DNA of 64,000 bases, from positions 4,562,914 through 4,626,913 of the forward strand of contig NC_134034.1 in NCBI RefSeq assembly GCF_964204645.1, in the 5' to 3' direction. Under the pieces are notes generated by a model. That model saw nothing but the letters and a program-made list of their open reading frames with translations. It was not told the origin of the DNA and did no database searches. Position 1 is the first letter of the stretch; every line of letters starts with the position of its first letter. The position numbers were made by a program, and so were the translations under genes. Positions 60,298 to 64,000 of the stretch are shown in pieces. This DNA is from Tubulanus polymorphus. Taxonomy: Eukaryota; Animalia; Nemertea.

Positions 60298-61048
60298 CCT
60301 CCATCTCTTAAACAAACAACTCATTTTTACTTATAACAACAAACTTAGTCGTAATCTTACTCATAACTCCCCCAAAATTGAACCCCTGAACATTGGTGTA
60401 TATAAAATTCCCTGTAAAGTTTGTAACAAAATATATATCGGCGAAACCGGACGCGATTTACACAAGCGCATTCGTGAACATAAGAATGATGTAAAGAATT
60501 TTAAGCCTGAAAGCGGTGTTGCCAATCACGTATACGAAACCAGCCACAATTTTGATTTTGAAATGCCTCCATAATTTTCCCCTGTTCAGAAAAGATTAAA
60601 CGACACATTATGGAATCGGCCCTGATTATTGAAAACTTGGAAAATTGTGTTAATTTGAATAACGGTTTCTCCCCCCACAACATTTTGATCTCCAAATTTC
60701 TCGCTTCTCTTGTACCCCCGTTATACTAATTCCCTCCATTGTTTTGCCTTTATCATAGTTTGCTTGTTTCCACTCACTCACTGATTATCGCCTTTCATGT
60801 TCCTTCTCTTTGTTTTATTTGATTACCCCTTAGCTTGTCCTCCCGTTTTAATCACTTTAGCTTGTGTCTTTGTTTATTAATTACTTTAATCTACATTGCC
60901 CCTAGTTTGCCTTGCTTACTTTAGCATTGTTTTCTAGTTGTTATGTCATTACTTTAATCTATTCCCCTTTCAATATTTTAATCACTCACTCTGCTTCTAT
61001 TGTTTTGGTCTTGTATAAATATCTTGTAATATTCTCCTGTACTCAGTA

Positions 61049-61088
61049 CGCCTGATGATGGCTAATAGTCTTTAGCCGAAACGTTGCG
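61049..61088 (+). ncRNA. Minimal type I hammerhead ribozyme (Penelope pLTR)
   Basis: cgc-CTGATGA-t-ggctaa(tagtct)ttagcc-GAAA-cg-TT-gcg: core boxes, stem II ggctaa/ttagcc, stem I cgc/gcg, palindromic ACGT in place of stem III. Confidence 0.75.
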
Positions 61089-61614
61089 CAAATATATATA
61101 CTCTTCTATTCAAGTTTCTCGTTTTGGCTGAACTTATTGTGGGATTTCTCTTGTTATCTTCTTACACGGACATTGTGTATCTTCTCGTCTCAACTAAAAA
61201 AGATATTATAAAAACAATTATTCCGTCAACATTTAACACAAAACAAAAGAAAATGTATTTATATTTATTATTTAACGATTATTATGAAAAACCTAAATTA
61301 ACAGAAGATATGGAAAATATAAAAAGAATATTTAAACAAATATTAATGTATCATTTGGAAAATAGAATAACAGATTCGATAAATTATGAATTCTTTTTAA
61401 ATAAGATTGTAAATTATTTAAACATCGATATTATAATTCCATTTGATGAATTAACGAACAAAAAGAAACAAAGAGAGCGAGATGAAATGTGGTACAAGAT
61501 AGAACTTTATTTAAATGAGAAAAAATGAAATGGAAGAACCTAAACAAATTATACAAGAACAATTAAATGAAAAAGAAAAAACAAATAGTGATTTCGAGTT
61601 TGATGATATCCATT

Positions 61615-64000
61615 TTAATAACCATAAGGTAATGTTTTCATACCATCATCTGAAATATGTCTTTTATCATCAAATGGATTTAAACTAGTTTTTTCAACTT
61701 CATTAATGTACATCTCGTGATCTTCTGATCTTAAACAATTCATTTTATGTTTCATTACAATTGAGTTATATAAACACTTTATATAATCTTGAAATTCTAT
61801 ATGTTTATCAACCACATGTTTTGTTATTCCTTTTAACTTTTTAGCTTCATGATCTTTTGTTCTGTAACTATACATTTTACTTCTTATCCCAACAAATTCA
61901 ATCATCACCCCCTAATTCATCTTTAAACTTACCAGGAATCTTTTTATTATCATTGCTAAATAGTTCATGATCTTTGGGATAATTGCTAAAATCAAAATGA
62001 TGTTTTAATGTTTGTAAGTCATTTGTTATGTCATTTGTCTTGATTTTTAGTATGTACGCAACCGTATTGACTGCTATTAATGGAAATCCACAGTTAAATT
62101 GTACCATCTTCAGTTGATAAATCATAAACATAAACTGATGGTTTGTATATTTTAAATAAATCCTTAACTTCTTCTGTTTACTCATTTTCTACATGACTTA
62201 AATTAAAACAATTTGGTTTAGATTTAATCAATCCAATATTCATATTAAAACCTAATGAATTGCATAATATATTCAATCCTGATATAGCAATATTTCCTTT
62301 TTGAGCTAAAGATATCGTTTTGCGGTTTTTGAAACTTTTTGAACCATCTGCAGCATAGAACCCAATGAAGAACCATTTTCTTAAATTATTTTTTGCATTT
62401 AATACATAATCTGGAACTATCTTTTCTTTTGTTGAAGTATTACTTTTCACTATTGCATGAATATAGAATTCATCATTATATTTTATTGCAAAATCTTTAG
62501 GATTATTTACAAGTATTCTATAAACTGCTGATGATTTCATAACATCCATGATTCTAAATGTTTTATGTGAATAAACTTCTTCACAGAATTTCTTAATTCT
62601 TTCTAATAATTTTAAGTCTTGATTGCATAAATACCAACAATATTTATTACCCAAATCATAATTATACACACCTGCTGAACCATCACCCATGAAAAATCCT
62701 TTGATAAAATATTCTTTTTCTTCTAATGTTTCGGGTTCTATATTATAAATATTATTAATAATTTCATCAAATGACATATGATTCATTCTTTGGAAAGATC
62801 TTTTATGTAATAATTCATCTCAAATTTTTATATCAGTTGGTTTTATTTCATCGCCATTTCGTTTAATGAAACTATGATCTTCTGTAACATCTACAAACCC
62901 TAATTTAGTTCTAACTCTATAGATTTTCTTATTTGTTTTATGCCTAATAATATTCTTTAATTTTTTCCATCCATTTCTTGTCCAAACATCCATTAATCCA
63001 TTTATTTGTATTAATTCTTTTTCACCATATGAAATATAACATTCATTTTGTTTTGGAATTATATCTGAAATTCTTCTTACCAATACTTTATCATTACATT
63101 TTAATAATATTGGGGTGTCAGCTGTAACAGAATCAAAATATGATATTTCAATATGCTTTTCCCCAAAAAGTGGTTGTAAAACATTATAATAAAAATCATA
63201 CATTAATAATTTTGATACTTCTAAAACAGTTGAACCAATGAATATAGGTTTATTAAATTTCATTGACGTTCTTTTTAATTTAACTGCGGTTAAATAATCT
63301 TCAAATCTTTTATTTCCTAAATGCCTAGGACTTGATTGTAGGTGTCTTAATCTTTCAGAATTATTTTCTAATTCAATATCATTTCTATTTCTAATATTTT
63401 CACATGTTTTACCACAAAAACTATTGTTCATTAATTTGAAGAAATCTTTTTCAAAATCCGTTTTTGATATGGTTCTCTGTTGAGTATTAAAATCTATATA
63501 TTTTTCTAACCACTTCGATTGATTAAATTCAATATATCTATGTACTTTCTTTAATTTCATTCCTTGTTTTAGATAAAATTTTAACATTCTATAATGAACA
63601 ATATAATTGTAGTATAAATAAGTATTAATTTTTCTGTAAAAACATGATTTTTCGGTTTTATTTTCTTCTGGTATTCACTTAAATAACTATCATCTACAGT
63701 TAAATGTTCTGGGCAATAAGGTAAGTTTCTTGTTTTAAACTTTATATTTTCAGGATATTCTAAATCAACTACAAAGAAATAACCAATTGGTGCTTCATCT
63801 TCTAAACTCATAATTGCGCTTTCCCAATTAGTTTTATCATCATTTTCAACTTCTGTTAATATAAAATTTTTATATGGTTGAGGTTGCATCATTGCCCAAC
63901 CATATAAATTATTGGCATCAATATATAATAATTTATATTCATCATTTGCTTTAAAATACCTCCCATAACACCACTCATTCCACCTCTAATTGATTTTTCA
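61615..64000 (-). pseudogene. polB: pPolB with intein (copy 2), C-terminal part, disrupted
   Basis: YIDANNLYG, KLMNNSFCGK, YFD|SVTADTP...AVN|TVAY, GKFKDE, RSKMYS, DDKR. Confidence 0.95.
62066..63131 (-). other. Intein with LAGLIDADG homing endonuclease (copy 2)
   Basis: In-frame N-junction ISYFD|SVTADTPILLK; VTEDHS; FIKGFFMGDGS; FFIGFYAADGS; YVYDLSTEDGT; in-frame C-junction FPLIAVN|TVAYILK. Confidence 0.93.

Larger units (their letters stand above)
58010..61191 (-). mobile_element. Penelope-like retroelement with inverted pseudo-LTR arms and 14-bp TSD
   Basis: RT plus GIY-YIG ORF; about 58004-58867 is inverted at 60298-61160; TSD aactaaaaaagata at 57996-58009 and 61192-61205. Confidence 0.93.
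57102..61618 (+). pseudogene. Multi-zinc-finger gene (copy 2) interrupted by the Penelope element
   Basis: Homologous to 28649-29965 on both sides of the insertion. Confidence 0.85.
48439..64000 (-). mobile_element. Polinton copy 2: inverted relative to copy 1, truncated at about 48439, continues past the window end
   Basis: Same gene order and high identity to 26265-40800. Confidence 0.95.

Noticed and set aside
60298-60324. True start codon of the Penelope ORF
   Set aside because: The ATG lies in the inverted arm, so the first residues are chimeric and the element is 5'-truncated.
1-64000. Prokaryotic or phage origin suggested by the intein and compact genes
   Set aside because: LINEs, Penelope, chromodomain integrase, PHD finger and spliced transposase indicate a eukaryotic nuclear genome. 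I saw no Shine-Dalgarno pattern, rRNA or tRNA genes.

Overview
AT-rich eukaryotic window, probably from an invertebrate animal (inferred from the transposon repertoire and apparent spliceosomal introns). It consists almost entirely of nested mobile elements, and I see no ordinary host gene. Two related copies of a Polinton/Maverick-type endogenous virus lie tail-to-tail. Copy 1 (about 23530-41977, +) is complete with short terminal inverted repeats; copy 2 (about 48439 to beyond 64000, -) is truncated. Each encodes a protein-primed PolB, zinc-finger protein, minor and major capsid proteins, several membrane proteins, a chromodomain integrase and a packaging ATPase. Main finding: both PolB genes carry a ~355-aa intein with a LAGLIDADG homing endonuclease, inserted in the catalytic YxD|TD motif, the 'pol-c' site used by giant-virus and archaeal PolB inteins. 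The two intein alleles diverge in the second endonuclease domain and the first codons of the C-extein. Nearly every gene of the element starts in a poxvirus-late-promoter-like T-tract/ATAAATG context. Together these suggest (inference) a virophage-like element that shares a compartment with a large DNA virus. Also present: remnants of a second Polinton lineage carrying a TBP-like gene; a 2.16-kb TIR transposon with a 7-bp TSD and a RAG1-N-terminus/Chapaev-like zinc module; a Penelope element with inverted pLTRs and hammerhead ribozymes; an R4/Dong-type retrotransposon nested in an L2/CR1-type LINE; an Academ-like transposase; a 31-bp minisatellite; and dispersed repeats. All family assignments come from motif recognition by eye; no searches were run.
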